From positions 123,752,001-123,816,000 of the forward strand of contig OX597818.1 in the NCBI GenBank assembly GCA_951406725.2: DNA of 64,000 nt. Reading direction: 5' to 3'. The DNA is from Octopus vulgaris (Eukaryota). A program made the translations under genes and the position numbers. Positions 13,736 to 29,185 of this stretch are shown piece by piece (the stretch's first letter is position 1; each line of letters opens with the position of its first letter). The notes under the pieces were generated by a model, which did no database searches, was not told the origin of the DNA, and saw only the letters and a list, made by a program, of their open reading frames with translations.

Positions 13736-14514
13736 AATATAAATATATATATATATATATGCATACATACATCAGGCATTTATGGACTTTCTCTTCGTCC
13801 AACTACATTGTTTCCCCAAAACATGTGAAGCTAACAAAAAGTAGAGCGACCATAATGACCGGTATAACAACTTAATTGACATTTCAAGTTAAGACCTGTT
13901 CTATGGTAACTAAAAAGAGATCACTTCCAGTGATTTGCGAGAAACTAATTTTTCCGCCATTAGGAAACAATTATAATTGTATATGCTGATAATTAGTTGC
14001 TTATCCTCGTACATAGTAAGAGCTAAGTAGGGGTATAGTAAAGACCAGAGGTACTAAATGGGCTTGGTATTAATAAAGCCTCCGACGAACCGTAAGTGAG
14101 AGTTGGACAAATCTGAGAGACAAAATAAATCTTTGAATACTTTAGAGGTCATTTCATAGATGTGTTTGAAGAGCTACTCTGACTTATGTCGAGGTAGGAA
14201 ATTGCTTCTCGTTTTACTACAATTCTCATAAAAAATATAAAGATTAGATTAGTGCTAACATATTTCTTGTAGTGAAGAAGACTATACTTTTTTTTTTATT
14301 AATTAATTGATTAATTAATCAATATCGCTATTTTAATGAAGAGAGAAACGTATGCTGAATGACTAATGTTAATTAAATTTAGTCAAGGCAGTTCTGAAAT
14401 TTTAATAAAGTAAAGATAGCTTAGAAAATAAAATTGCTCATACAGTAAAGTGAAGAAAATATTTGCCTGTGAAGTAACATCAGTTTAATTTGAACGTTGA
14501 TAAACACGGTGGTA

Positions 14515-14556
14515 GTTCTAGACATGTTTCAGTCTAATTAGACCTCTTCGGCATAA
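14515..14556 (-). ncRNA. Degenerate hammerhead
   Basis: CCGAAGA-GGTCTAATTAGACT-GAAA-CATG-TC; stem I is weak; similar to the 53666 motif. Confidence 0.5.
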
Positions 14557-15099
14557 CATTAACCTCCCCAGTTCCTACCGGATATAGTGATAAAAAATCA
14601 CTATATAGATGTGCAAGAACATGAATTGACTCAACTACCTAACATAATGACTGAAAAAATTATGTAAGGACTCCATTCACATCTTCTTAGTGATATAAGG
14701 TGTTGCAACAGGGAGATTCTGATCAAAGGTGCAACTTTACTTTATTTTTCAAATAGGAGAATGAAAGGTAAATCATGATGTCTTCTTTTAACAAGTCCAC
14801 AAGAATTTAGTTTAATCTTGACACCTGTTTCATTCAAGCATTTTATCGCATTTCATAGTTCTCAACGTTCTTATAATTACAGAGTGTTCTTGTGTCCCCA
14901 TCTCACGCTTTTGATATTTCTATTTCCTGGTCTCTACAAACCGTATCACTAAGTATCCAAGGCTTTTATATTAGGACATATATTTTTTTCTTGTATGCAT
15001 TTTCACTCTCTGTAACTGTCTTATTTCTCTCGTAAAGTCTTCGATTCTCTCCTAGCTTTTACAAACTACATCACTTTCTGTGCTTTGAGTATTTCACAT

Positions 15100-16715
15100 T
15101 AGAAAGAGTCGTACCGTTTTCACACCCTTCAGTTTTTATCTATGACAAAGTGCGAAAACCGTTGAACAGGCTGGAGTATCGTTGTGGACACCAAATAATC
15201 CAAAAAAGAGTTTGTAGAATATTGCTACGTAGAGGAAATGGTTACCAGAGTATGTGCCCCGTTTGAAAACGGAAGACAGGGTTAAGACACAGACGAGTTG
15301 GTACGTCAAACATATACCTGTTGGCGGGTACCGCAATAAGTTGGTCAACGAAATATAAAGACCACTATCAAGGATATTAACAACGATATTAACTCTTGGT
15401 TCGTCGTCACTTTTGTGGTTGATGGAGCTTAAGTGGACATTCAAGTCGAAATGGTCCTTGAGGATTACAGAATCATACCGGAGCGCTATCCCATCCAGGG
15501 TACTGAAAGAAAGGCGAAAAGACTCGTGGAATAGAACTAGATGCCAAGCTGCTACACATGTGGTAGCAAAATCATTTAAGGGTTTTCTGTCCAAAGAAGC
15601 AGCAGCAAAGACAAAAGGAAGGATAATAGTAGAAGAATCATCTATATTTCCCTCAAAATGCAGTTACTTCAGAACAATATTCAAAGCTTCGGAGTGACCT
15701 AGGACACTCAGACTTCGGCGCCTCTATCTGAGCGGCAGACCGGCAATGGCCAGCAGCAACAGTCAAGAGGAACTAGAGAAGATTTTCTCATTGTGACAGC
15801 AGACTCCAATATCCAGAGCACTACAGATCATAGTTCCAAAAGTAGAGAAGCAAATCACCTTGGCTTGGTCTCGAAAACCAACGACTGCCCCGTGCCATAG
15901 TCAGCAACGACACCTTATCGAGTGGGGAGCTAATATTAATTGAGAAAGATTTCCAAAATATAAGAGAGGGCACAAAACAAAAGGTGGAAGGCATCTAAAT
16001 AGAAGGATGTACCCTAGAAGAAAAAAGTATGACGAGCAAGGGATCTCCTATCGGGATGATGTTTATGATGATAAAAACGAAATCGGAATGCGGTACACAG
16101 CCCTTCGAAAGACTAACTAGTGTTTCATACACCGAATAACAGAGCTATGTCACAGCGAATTAAAAATACTCGATATGAAAAACGCTCAAATGAAAACCCT
16201 TTAATAAACATAACAGTACATTATCACCTGCTACATTAGGATTATCCAGATGCCGTGGAGTGTTTCTTCTCTCATCAAACGTAGATGTTGGCTGGAACCA
16301 TTTGAATATACCAGACTCTAATACGATCAGGCACGTAGAAGGCACGTAAATGCTCTAACCACAGGCATCCCGGGTGATCTAGGATGCGGGAGATTCGTGT
16401 CGGCATCGTAATAGTGTCAGACATCTCGGAAATTGAGGTGGTCAGCACTGCTGTAAGGAAGTACGAAGCAGTAACAGGAGCAAAGATCAACCAGAAGTCT
16501 GTGGGTCTGCAGCTCAGCACCTGGAGAGACAGGTGAATACCAACCGTCAGAGTTGTAAGGTGCTAGACCGAAGGACTGTTTAAATTGCTTGGGGTCTGAT
16601 TTGGCCCAGATCTCCTGGTGGACAAGAACTGCAGGGAGGTGACAAGCATGGTAGCCTCACCCAGAAATGGACAGAGAGGAAGCTGTCCCTGAAGCTCGGG
16701 TGGAGGTGGCGAATA

Positions 16716-16720
<5 letters not shown>
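15100..16720 (+). mobile_element. Fragmented Tx1/L1-like LINE
   Basis: CCHC knuckle CYTCGSK.HLRVFCP (frameshifted) near 15545-15593; RT segment YEAVTGAKIN.KSVGL..KLLGV*FG..WTERKLSL at about 16400-16715. Confidence 0.7.
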
Positions 16721-16759
<39 letters not shown>

Positions 16760-16762
<3 letters not shown>

Positions 16763-17135
16763 CAACCACATGGTTCCGGGTTCAGTCCCATTGCGTGACA
16801 CCTTGGGCAAGTGTCTTCTACTATAGTCTCGGATCGATCAAAACATCGTGAGTCGATTTGATAGACGGAAACTGAAAAGAAACCTGTCGCATATATATAT
16901 TAATATATATATGTATATGTTTGTGCGTCGGTGTTTGTTCCTCCCCACCGCCATCGCTTGACGACCGATGTTGCTGTGTTTACGTCCCCTGTAACTTAGC
17001 GGTTCGGTAAAAGAAACCGATATAATAAGTATTAGGCTTACAAAGAATAAGTCCTGGAGTCGAATTGTTCGACTAAAGGGGGTGCTCCTGCTTGGCCGCA
17101 ATCAACTGACTGAAACAAGTAAATGAATAAAAGAA
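16760..17135 (+). mobile_element. SINE family C, 5'-truncated
   Basis: Matches 17419-17830. Confidence 0.85.
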
Positions 17136-17418
17136 TATATATATATATAAAGACTTGGGCGAATAAGGCACTTAACTGATAAGGCACCGGGTCAAAATGA
17201 AAATGCATGCACAACAACTATAGGCGAATGCAAACATTGGCATCGAAGAATAGGCAGAAAGATATGCACATGCCGTGGATTGTAAATGCTTTTAAATGTT
17301 CTTAACACCATAGTTCGTGTATTCATCTGAAGAAAACGGTTTTTCTTATAATGATATAAAGTACTCATTAATCAATTAAAGATTCGTTGGAAACAACTGT
17401 AGTGAATTGACATATATG

Positions 17419-17825
17419 CGCAGGAGTGGCTGTGTGGTAAGTAGCTTGCTAACCAACCACATGGTTCCGGGTTCAGTCCCACTGCGTGGCACCTTGGGCA
17501 AATGTCTTCTACTATAGCCTCGGGCCGACCAAAGCCTTGTGAGTGGATTTGGTAGACGGAAACTGAAAGAAGCCTGTCGTATATATGTATATATATATAT
17601 ATATATGTGTGTGCATGTGTGTTTGTGTGTCTGTGTTCGTCCCCCTAGCATTGCTTGACAACCGATGCAGGTGTGTTTATGTCCCCGTCACTTAGCGGTT
17701 CGGCAAAAGAAACCGATAGAATAAGTACTGGGCTTACAAAAGAATAAGTCCCGGGGTCGAGTTGCTCGATTAAAAAGGCGGTGCTCCAGCATGGCCGCAG
17801 TCAAATGACTGAAACAAGTAAAAGA

Positions 17826-17830
<5 letters not shown>
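17419..17830 (+). mobile_element. SINE family C, full length (tRNA-like head, internal microsatellite)
   Basis: GCAGGAGTGGCTGTGTGGTAAG...GGTTCAGTCCC; internal (TA)/(TG)n; tail ...GACTGAAACAAGTAAAAGAG; more than 15 copies or fragments in the window. Confidence 0.9.
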
Positions 17831-17870
<40 letters not shown>

Positions 17871-18429
17871 GTTATATTTGTTTCAGTCATTAAACCGCGG
17901 CCACGCTGGAGCACAGCCTTCAAAAGTTTGGAGTCGAACCTATGTATATGTGAAACTCACGAAACAATATTCAACACGTGAATATCGCAGAAGAAGCTAT
18001 CTACACGATGTGGCGTATATACAGCGTGATAGATCACAAAATTACACGGTTACAAACCCAACTTTCATACCCATGTAGCCACGCCTGGGCCTATGCACGC
18101 GTAATTATATTTTCACAAAGATGTATTTAAAAATCACAAATAATGTCGGCGAATGTATATGGAAGCTAACTCAATTTGCTATATGAATAGTATTTTGTCA
18201 ACAGTCAGGTACTGAAAAACTTAGATTGTTCTGGAGTATATGTTTGTACTTCGACATACTTTTACATAATATTAAATCTTATTTTCTCCTCCTATCCTCA
18301 TTCATTGTAGCCTTATTAACCTGAAGGCGTGACGGCCACCCGCAAGTCGGTGAATACACAGTAGAATTTACGTGAATGTGTGAGTGTCTATATATGTATG
18401 TATATATGTATGTATGTATGTATCTATGT

Positions 18430-18900
<471 letters not shown>

Positions 18901-19319
18901 TAATTTGATACGCGTGTGTGTGTGTGTGTGTCTTTGTGTGTGTGTGGGTAAAAAAAAATCAAGTGAAATCAATGGCAGAAATTTATTTATATACATATAT
19001 AAATATCTGTATAGACGCGTTCAGATAAGAGATAAGATCCGGAAAAGGCGTATTTAGATAAGATGGGAAAATAAGTGGAGGGGAAAAACAACGAACAACA
19101 ATACTAACTGACACTAATAAAGACATACCGTCAAATTACGAATGGTAAACATGATAAGGTTCTTAAGTAGACTGAATGAAAGGTAAAAAGAGCAAGTCGA
19201 TCTCTTCGTCGAAACAAATAAAAAAAAAACTGCTGTCTGTTGGCTCTCTTGTCATATAAGATTCATGCTTCACTACAGACAGATGCACGAACGTGAGAAC
19301 GACTTAGCAATACAGATTG

Positions 19320-19359
<40 letters not shown>

Positions 19360-19442
19360 AATGCTTTGGTTCGTATATGTGATATATGTATGTGTATGAG
19401 TCTATATATGTACATATGTATACATCAAATATGTATGTGTGT

Positions 19443-19525
<83 letters not shown>

Positions 19526-19592
19526 TTATATTATATATTATATGTATATATGTTATATTATATTATATTATATGTACATTCAATAGGGTATA

Positions 19593-19907
19593 TAATACCA
19601 CTTGCTAAAATCAGACCCAATGCTCCAAAAACCACCATAAACTCACGATAAAGATACACACGAGCAATGAAAATTTTAGAAATAGATGTTAAAATGTCAT
19701 TTCCAACTGAAGATCGCAAAGTATGTTTGTCATGCAAAGTGTGAAATCAATTGACATTGAAATATTCATTACTTACTCATGTATTCAACGCAAAGGTAAG
19801 CCTATTTCTCATATGTTCCTTGCATTGCTCGTGTGTTTAAACTCATCTTTATAGTGAGTTGATGGTGGTTTTGGAGCATTAGCTCTGATTTTAGAAAGTG
19901 GTATTAT
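19593..19907 (+). mobile_element. Short element with inverted arms enclosing a degenerate hammerhead (19701-19762)
   Basis: Arms about 19593-19670 and 19822-19907; TTCCAA-CTGAAGA-TCGC..GTGT-GAAA-TCAATTGA-CA-TTGAAA. Confidence 0.65.
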
Positions 19908-20148
19908 GTATCTAAATTTCCCTTATATTGTGCCTGTAACGGTGTGAACTTGCTATCCACCTTATTATTACCTCCTTAATACTATTAATAACGGCAACAA
20001 CACTTCTATATTTATATTATATATTATATATATAGATATTATATCATATATATATACATATATATGTATATTATATGTATATATGTGTATGTATATATAC
20101 ACACACTTATCTCCACTTGAGATATATATAACATTGTATTTATTTTTG

Positions 20149-20214
<66 letters not shown>

Positions 20215-20779
20215 TATGTATTTTTTTTTGTTTTCATGTATACATGTGTTTCATACATACACATACATACACACAGGTTGTTTATAGAAAAAATTATAAA
20301 ATGTACTCAATGCATATTGCAGAGTATAATTTATAATTATCTGACAGATGCCTGCCGCCGTTGAGTCCATCACACCGAATCTTTGATGATGCGTGATCAT
20401 GTAGGTTGAAATTATTCAGCACGTCTATGATGGATTGAACATCCGTAGAAATTAAAATGGCTGACAGCAACTGCAGAAGATTTGTAAGGTCACGCATATA
20501 TTTCCTTTGTAACGTCCATTGTGTGCTTCTGTGTGTGTATGCATGCGTTTGTTTCTGTGCGCGAGTGTGTGCGTGTGTATGTGTGTGTGTGTATGTGTAT
20601 TCATATGTGTACATTGTTATGACCATGCCTGTGCGTCTGTGTGAGTGTGTAAAAATTTGCCATTTCCGGGCTGTCTATTTATATATCAATGTGAGTCTAT
20701 AATATAGATTGATAACAGATGATTACTGATGTCGATTCATTGTCTTTCCCTAATCAAATGTGTGTATAAGAGAGAGAGA

Positions 20780-20826
<47 letters not shown>

Positions 20827-20834
20827 GGAAAGGC

Positions 20835-21235
20835 TACTCTTGCGCTTCAAAGACAAACTAAAACATAATATGAAGTGATGCAAAATTCCCTTTTCTTCCT
20901 GGGAAAACAAAGCATCAGAACACAGGACCTGGTGTCAGTCCTACTTCTCCTCAGTTCAAAGATTTGAGCAAAATCGACTCCAGCATCGGGACCAAATTCG
21001 TGCAAGCATGAAGGCACGCTGGGAAAACACTGCTCCTTTAAATGGAAATCTTACCTGTCCTTGTGGTTTTGTGGCAAGAAGCAAAGCAGGTCTTGCTGGC
21101 CACTCTAGAAAACACATGGTAAATGATCCACAAGGACTCATGCAAATTAAATCCTCGGTTTGTTCCATTTTCCAAAAGGTTTGCAAGGCACCAGCAGGTA
21201 TCAAGAGACACATTCGTGTCCATAGAAAAGGATTA
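20835..21235 (+). mobile_element. RTE-like LINE 3' fragment
   Basis: WEN..EHRTW...RFEQNR...CPCGFVARSKAGLAGHSRKH C-terminal zinc-finger motifs. Confidence 0.65.
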
Positions 21236-21275
21236 ACGCTTTATTTTACTAAACCCTCAAGAGAGAGAGAGAGAG

Positions 21276-21326
<51 letters not shown>

Positions 21327-21696
21327 CGAGCCGCCTACCAAATCCTGTCTACCAAATCGTCTACCAGCTCCAAGACTATAATCCTACCAAGATTTTGGTA
21401 GGATTATACCAGATTCTTACCCAAGTTACTACGCAGTTGGACTGAACCCGAAACCTTGTGTTTAGGATGCAAATGTCTTACCATAGGGCCACACCAATAC
21501 ACACACACATACACACACAGACACACACACACACACACGCGCGCACGCATGCACGCACGCACAGAATGGAGTCCTGTTAATTTGATCTCTTTTGTGACAA
21601 ATTTTCAATAACGCTAAAATAACCAGTTGGAACTTTAAGCATGTCAATAACCGGTTGATGATACTATTACTTGTTATATGAAACAGCTAACTGGTA

Positions 21697-22092
21697 TCTT
21701 TATATATAAAAGAGAAGTTGTGTGTCTGTCTCCTACGATTTAGATTCCTAACTACTCCCACATTTTGCGGTGCAGTTTAACCAAAACCGGGTATCTTATA
21801 GTCGTGATTCATATCGAGCCCTTCTGGGTATTAGCGCGCGTCTACGATGAGTCTACGATTTTTAAAAAAAATTACCATCATTTTTTTCCATTTTAATGCA
21901 TTTTTTCGCTATTATATAAGGGAAGTAACTCTCTAAAAAGTTTACGATAAGTCAACGATTTTTTAAAAATTTACCATCATTTGTTTTCCTTTTTTAATGC
22001 ATTTTTTTGCTATTTTTTGGCTATAACTCTCTAAAAATGCTTATATAGTTATTTCCCTTACAAACCCGAGCAACGCCGGGCGATACTGCTAG
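21697..22092 (+). mobile_element. Non-autonomous Helitron
   Basis: A|TC 5' end; 3' hairpin CCCGAGCAACGCCGGG then CTAG|T; no TSD. Confidence 0.85.
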
Positions 22093-22300
22093 TAATCAAT
22101 AAAGCATTTGATAGTGTCGATTCTCTAAGCTTCAAGTTCAAATCCAACCAAGGTCAACTTTGTCTTTCATCTTTTTGGGATCAACTGAAAAGTATAAATC
22201 TAGAACGGTCAACAGTAAACTGGCGGAATTGTTAGAGGACGAAGCGAGTTGCTTTATTTTATCGGGTTCAGGTCTTTGCATTCTGCCAACAGCAACGCCG

Positions 22301-22885
22301 TGGAGGCGCAATGGCCCAGTGGTTAGGGCAGCGGACTCGCAGTCGTAAGAACGCGGTTTCGATTCCCAGACCGGACATTGTGAGTGTTTATTGAGCAAAA
22401 ACACCTAAACTCCACGAGGCTCCGATGGGGAGGGGGTGAACCCCGCTGTACTCTTTCACCACAACTTTCTCTCACTCTTTTTTCCTACTTTTGTCCCAAA
22501 GCAGAGACACCATGGTGTAACCCATTATGCTGTGGTAAACTTTCAGACATTAGTCTAGATTGCGAACCCTCTGTACCCCAGAATGGTTCAGCTCTCCACC
22601 CGTTAAAAGCCACCGTTTACAGATAGAGGATAACAACGTACCTTTCCCACCCGTGCAACCGCCAGTCTATCGCGTGTAGTGGGTGGATCTTCAAGTTACC
22701 GCACGCATTCTTAGTAGCTTAGAGTAGGCTCGAATTAGAGATTATTCTTTGTGGCTAATGGCGTGAGTCCTGATTGGAAGAAGAAGAAGAAGAAGAAGAA
22801 GAAGAAGAAGAAGAAGAAGAAGAAGAAGAAGAAGAAGAAGAAGAAGAAGAAGAAGAAGAAGAAGAAGAAGAAGAAGAAGAAGAAG
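22301..22885 (+). mobile_element. SINE family B head with tail-3 ending in (GAA)n
   Basis: Family B head to about 22490, then unrelated sequence and a long (GAA)n at 22778-22885. Confidence 0.7.
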
Positions 22886-23152
22886 ACAGCAATGAGACTG
22901 GTGCTGAGTTTCCTTGACGTATACGAACAAACGATTATTAATGACTGTTAAGTGTTTTCAAACTAAGTCAAACACTTGCACATTTGATGATTGTAAGCAC
23001 ACCGATATTACACGAAACCTGGCATCATATGTAATCGGATGTTACTACGATAATATGTATGCGTGTGTATTTATGTACAAATCCATACGTATGTATGTAT
23101 TTGTGAATGTATGTACAAGTACACACACACATTCATACAAACATACACACAC

Positions 23153-23191
<39 letters not shown>

Positions 23192-23237
23192 GGGAGTAAA
23201 TCCAAACTTACAGGGAAAATTAGATTTAGGATTAAAT

Positions 23238-23309
<72 letters not shown>

Positions 23310-23441
23310 AAATAGAAAGATGAATTTTCTTGTAACAGATTATTCAAAGGTTTAACCGATACCTGGGTAGCAAAAATCACAGCGGAAAACAGCACGGTTG
23401 GAGATAAGACCATTTCGTGTTGCAACCGTGCGTTGGAGCGG

Positions 23442-23472
<31 letters not shown>

Positions 23473-23881
23473 CATATATACAAGTACATATATTTATACA
23501 TCGACATACAAGGGCAAGATCCAAGGATTCAAATGTAGGAAGTTTGTAAACTTCAAGCAGTCCGTGGAAGGTACAGAGAACAAAAACGGGATAGTGTACT
23601 ACCTGGAACAATAACAGTTTATTGTCATCGAGAGTTACACGTTCTTCCGTGTAAGAGAAAATTCGATTAGGTGATATGTAGATAGATAGATAGATAGATA
23701 TATAGATACATACATACATACATACATACATACATACATACATACATACATGCATAGATGCATGTGCACATGCACACACACTCACACACGCAAACATTTA
23801 AATCTCGTGTGTATTAAATTATATTTATCTTTCGCTGGATGAAGTACTTTTGTTCATCTCACCAATAACCCAGCATCACAT

Positions 23882-23941
<60 letters not shown>

Positions 23942-24216
23942 TTGCGCGTGTGTCACCTTCGAAACGCAGAGTAGATGAAACCATGGCGACTGAAGAAGGA
24001 GAATTTTCCTTGTGTTATTTCTCCTGTACTCTATTTTTTCGTTGTTTAAGAAAAATGTCCAGTTCCTTGGTTTTGTGTTTATGTTTTCGTTTCTCATTGT
24101 GTTCGACGTTTTTTTTTTTTGGTGTCCTGTACCCATATATGCATGTATATATACATGTAGAGGTAGGTACGTACATATATGTATTTATATATGCATATAT
24201 TTTAATTATTAATTTT

Positions 24217-24310
<94 letters not shown>

Positions 24311-24747
24311 ATGTGTGTGTGTGTGTGTATATCACATGTGTATCTTCCTTATTCAATGTTGTAGAATGTGATATAAAGTAGATTTGCCTGCTATTTCTAA
24401 TAGCTCAAGTGAAAACGTACACGGGTTTCCCTTAGTTTACAAAAACAGTTAAAGGCTTCTAATTATTTGAAATCCTCGTATGTATTTTATGGAGTGCAAT
24501 CCCTTGTGATTTTCGTAGACGAAAACTGTGAAGAAGCCTGACATGCATATGTACATACGTACACACACCGTTTGACAACCGGTGTTGGTTTGTTTACGTC
24601 ATGTAACTTAGTAGTTCGGCAAAAGGGACAGCAGAATAAGTAGCATACATAAAATAATAAGTACTGGGATAGATTTGTTCCTCTAAAACCTTCAAGACGG
24701 TGCCCTAGCATGGCTCCATTCCAATAATTGAAACAAGTTAAGATAAC

Positions 24748-24810
<63 letters not shown>

Positions 24811-24954
24811 CATACATACATACATACATACATACATGCATGCATACATACATAAATACATACATACATACATACATACATACATGCATACATACATGCA
24901 ATACATGCATATACACATACATGTATGTATGTATATATAGAGATATGTGCGTGT

Positions 24955-24987
<33 letters not shown>

Positions 24988-25035
24988 CACATGTATTTGT
25001 GTGTACACATATACATATATATATACACACACACA

Positions 25036-25102
<67 letters not shown>

Positions 25103-25621
25103 GTGTGTGTGTGCGTGTGTCCAGGGTAGTTAACCTAAGTGTGTTCAAATATGTATGGACATATGTATATTCATATGTTTATATGCATGTTTATATAGAC
25201 ATATTTGTATTTATATGTATATATATGTAGTATATTTGCTTGAATATATATATACATATGGATAATAAGAGAGCCTACGCTGCGGGAGGAAATTATAACA
25301 ATGCAAACATATTTCTATTGCTCATTCCTCTCACAAGTAAAGAATTCTAATGTTTAAATCAATTTTATTTCCCTTGATTCAAGCGGTGCTGTAGAATATA
25401 ATGTGTATAAGTGTGTGTATATATATACATATATATAGATAGTTAGAGAGAGAGAGAGGCATATACATACACACTTACACACATATATGTATGTATGTGT
25501 GTACTCATACATATATTCATATGCATACATATATATATATACATATATATACATTACATATATATATATATATACACATACATATGTACACGTATATTAT
25601 ATATATATATATACATATATA

Positions 25622-25664
<43 letters not shown>

Positions 25665-26016
25665 GCATATATATATATATATACACGCATATATTCATGT
25701 ATATATACACAGACATACGCACATGCATACACACTCGCACAATCACACACACACAATCACAAATGCATATATAAACACATACACATGCGCACTCGCGTGC
25801 TCAAACATTCAGATACAAACACATATACATATTTTTGCTGAGAGAAATAATTTGAATCGAATTAGAAAAAAATTTAATAACGGACAGAAAGCAATTTATA
25901 CATTCAATATATATTATAAAATATACACCATATATATATTATACCTTAGTTATTTTACATGAGATATTCTACATTATATAATATGTATAATATATATTAT
26001 GCCTACATGATATTGT

Positions 26017-26105
26017 GCCGACCAAAGCCTTGTGAGTGGATTTGGCAGACGGAAACTGAAAGAAGCCCGTCGTGTATATATAGATAGACAGACAGACAAG
26101 CAGAA

Positions 26106-26194
<89 letters not shown>

Positions 26195-26343
26195 CATGCA
26201 TAAATATATATATACATACATATGTATATATATATGCATTTATGTCCCCGTAACTTAGCAGTTCGACCATAGGAACCGATAAGATAAGTACTAGGCTTAC
26301 AATGAATAAGTCCTGGAATCGATGACCATCTCGAAATATAACA

Positions 26344-26385
<42 letters not shown>

Positions 26386-26620
26386 TTACATACATATGCA
26401 TGTGTGCGTGCGCGCGTGTTTCTGTGTTTGTCCCCCACCACCGCTTGACAACCAGTGTTGGTGTTTTTTTTACGTCCCCGTAACTTAGTGGTTCGGCAAA
26501 AAAGACCGATAGAATAAGTACCAGGCTTACAAAAGTAAGTTCTGGGGTCGATTTGTTCGACAAAAACTCTTCAATGTGGTGCCCCAGCATGGACGCAGTC
26601 AAACGCGTGAAAAAGTAAAA
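26017..26620 (+). mobile_element. SINE family C, fragmented and partly duplicated
   Basis: Family C segments separated by microsatellites. Confidence 0.7.
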
Positions 26621-26639
26621 AAGCCCCAAAATATATGAA

Positions 26640-26884
<245 letters not shown>

Positions 26885-26898
26885 CGTATTTATGTAAG

Positions 26899-26929
<31 letters not shown>

Positions 26930-27543
26930 GTATGTAATGTATGTATGTATTTATACCTGCGGGTACGTAGAACGTTATATTCATTTTTAAAATATTGTAC
27001 GTTACTTATTCACTTACCTCTGGAGCAAGAATAATCACAAACTCTTCAGACCGACCTGTAACTACATTTGTGCAATGATTCGAAGATATTCTCGGGTCAT
27101 GCTCTCTTGATTTGTAAGATTAATCCGATTGAATTTCCATTCAATTTGTACACAAAGTCTATATATGTAGATATGTACGTGAGGTATGTGTTTGTGTGTG
27201 AATGTTTTTGTGTGTGTACCTTTGTACGTATGTGAGCGTTTTTTCGTTTGTGGTTTAAATGTATGTATTCGTAAATATATTGGTAAATGCGAATATAAGT
27301 AATCGGTGTGTGTGTATTCGAACATAAGTATTCGGTGTATATATATATATATATTATATATTATATATTATGTTATATAATATATATTATATTACATTAT
27401 ATTATATCATAGTATATTATATTATATTATATTATAATATATTACATTTATATGTCTATCATGTATGTTCTTTTGTATGAATATATCATTTAAAAATATA
27501 TAGAAAGATAGATAGATAGATCATTTGAATAAATATATATATA

Positions 27544-27605
<62 letters not shown>

Positions 27606-27865
27606 TACCAGTGAAGCAAATAGAATGTGTACTATATACAATGTGTATACGTTTTATGAATCGTGTACCTGTGTGAATATGTACGTGTGTATTAGTGTAA
27701 ATTCATTACTGTTCTGTATCTGACGTGCGTGTCACAGAAATTCAGTGTGTGTATATATGTGTGAGTGTGTTTGTGTGAGTGTATGTGTGCGTACATAGAT
27801 ATATGTGTGTGTGAGTTCAGTATACCCGGAGAGTGCAGAAAGTAAGTAACAGGTGACTTGTGTGT

Positions 27866-27897
<32 letters not shown>

Positions 27898-28199
27898 ATA
27901 TCTGAATATGTGTGTGATTATATGAGTGTTTATTGTTTGTGTATGATTGTTGTATGTATCTAGCCAGTGTTACAGCTATGCGTTTCTATGTTTCTATGTG
28001 TGTGTATGCGTGTGTGCGTGACTGAGTAAGTGAATGAGTGAGTGAGTGTGTGTATGTGTGTGTGAGTGTTTGAGTGTGTGTGTGTATGTATGTATGTATG
28101 TGTACGCTATTATAACTTTTTATGCTATGTGACTTTGTGTACGTATCTATAAGTCTGAGTGTCTAGATAGATAGATAGACAAACAGACAGACAGACAGT

Positions 28200-28231
<32 letters not shown>

Positions 28232-28295
28232 TAGACAGACAGACAAACAGACTGACAGACAGACAGACAGACAGATAGCTAGCTAGCTAGCTAGC

Positions 28296-28374
<79 letters not shown>

Positions 28375-28569
28375 GCAGACACGCGTTTGCTTTTCGTGTA
28401 TGTGTGTGTGTGCGCGTGTGTGTGTGTGTGTTTGTGGATGTGTGCGTGTATCTGTCTGTATGTGTGTGCGTGTGATCGGCTGGTGTCTCCCGGTAATTTC
28501 CTCTGCCGCGTTGTTGCCCGGACAGGTTACAAGTGAAAATGAAAACTTTTACGGCGAAATTATAGTTTG

Positions 28570-28785
28570 TTGTTCTTACTATTATTGTTGCAGGCTGTTA
28601 CTATTGTTACTGTTGATGCAGTTGCTGCTGCTGCTGCTGCTGTTGCTGATCTTGCCGTCTGGAATTACGCCGATGCTGCTGCTGCTGATGGTGGTAGTAT
28701 TAATAGCGGCGGTGGTAGTGGTGGTGGTTGTGGCGGCGGCGGCGGCGATGGCGGTAGTGGTGAACGTGATGATGGTGGTGACTAA
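28570..28785. repeat. Compound trinucleotide repeats (GCT/GGT/GGC)
   Basis: Seen directly. Confidence 0.9.
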
Positions 28786-29009
28786 TTAGAAATGTTTATA
28801 AGGGATCCATGCAACAAAGGCTATTCAACGAATAATAAGGTGTCACAAGGTGTCTTATTTGTAGCAGTCGAGAGCAGAGATTACATCGCATGAAATACTC
28901 CAAAAAAGCATAACATCATTCCAACAACGAGGGCTTACTGGATAGTACTTGGTTTTAAGAGTATTGCTTAAAAAAGACTGTTGAAATAAGTGTGTGAATC
29001 TTAGAGTGG

Positions 29010-29185
29010 AATATCTCTTGTATAAAATCCGTTCTGTCTGTATGTCTGTGTGTGTGTCTTCTCAGATCTCGGGCATCCTCCATTCGATTGCGCTCAAATT
29101 TGATATGTAGATACCGACGGTATCAGGGCGTGTATAAGTCTTAAAAAATTACAAAAATCGATTCCAGGTGAGAATGCGATCGATG
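29010..29185 (+). mobile_element. Probable Helitron 5' fragment
   Basis: A|TC..TATAAAA, CTGT/GT repeats, CGATTGCGCTCAAATTTG; architecture like the 5' end of 44017-44400. Confidence 0.45.

Noticed and set aside
21008-21235. Host C2H2 zinc-finger gene
   Set aside because: Upstream residues match the C-terminus of an RTE-like LINE ORF; degenerate
22301-22375. tRNA genes (also 52214 and other SINE heads)
   Set aside because: tRNA-like SINE heads without a proper cloverleaf, continuing into SINE bodies
27821-27847. Possible micro-exon AG|TATACCCGGAGAGTGCAGAAA|GTAAGT
   Set aside because: No polypyrimidine tract and no supporting exons
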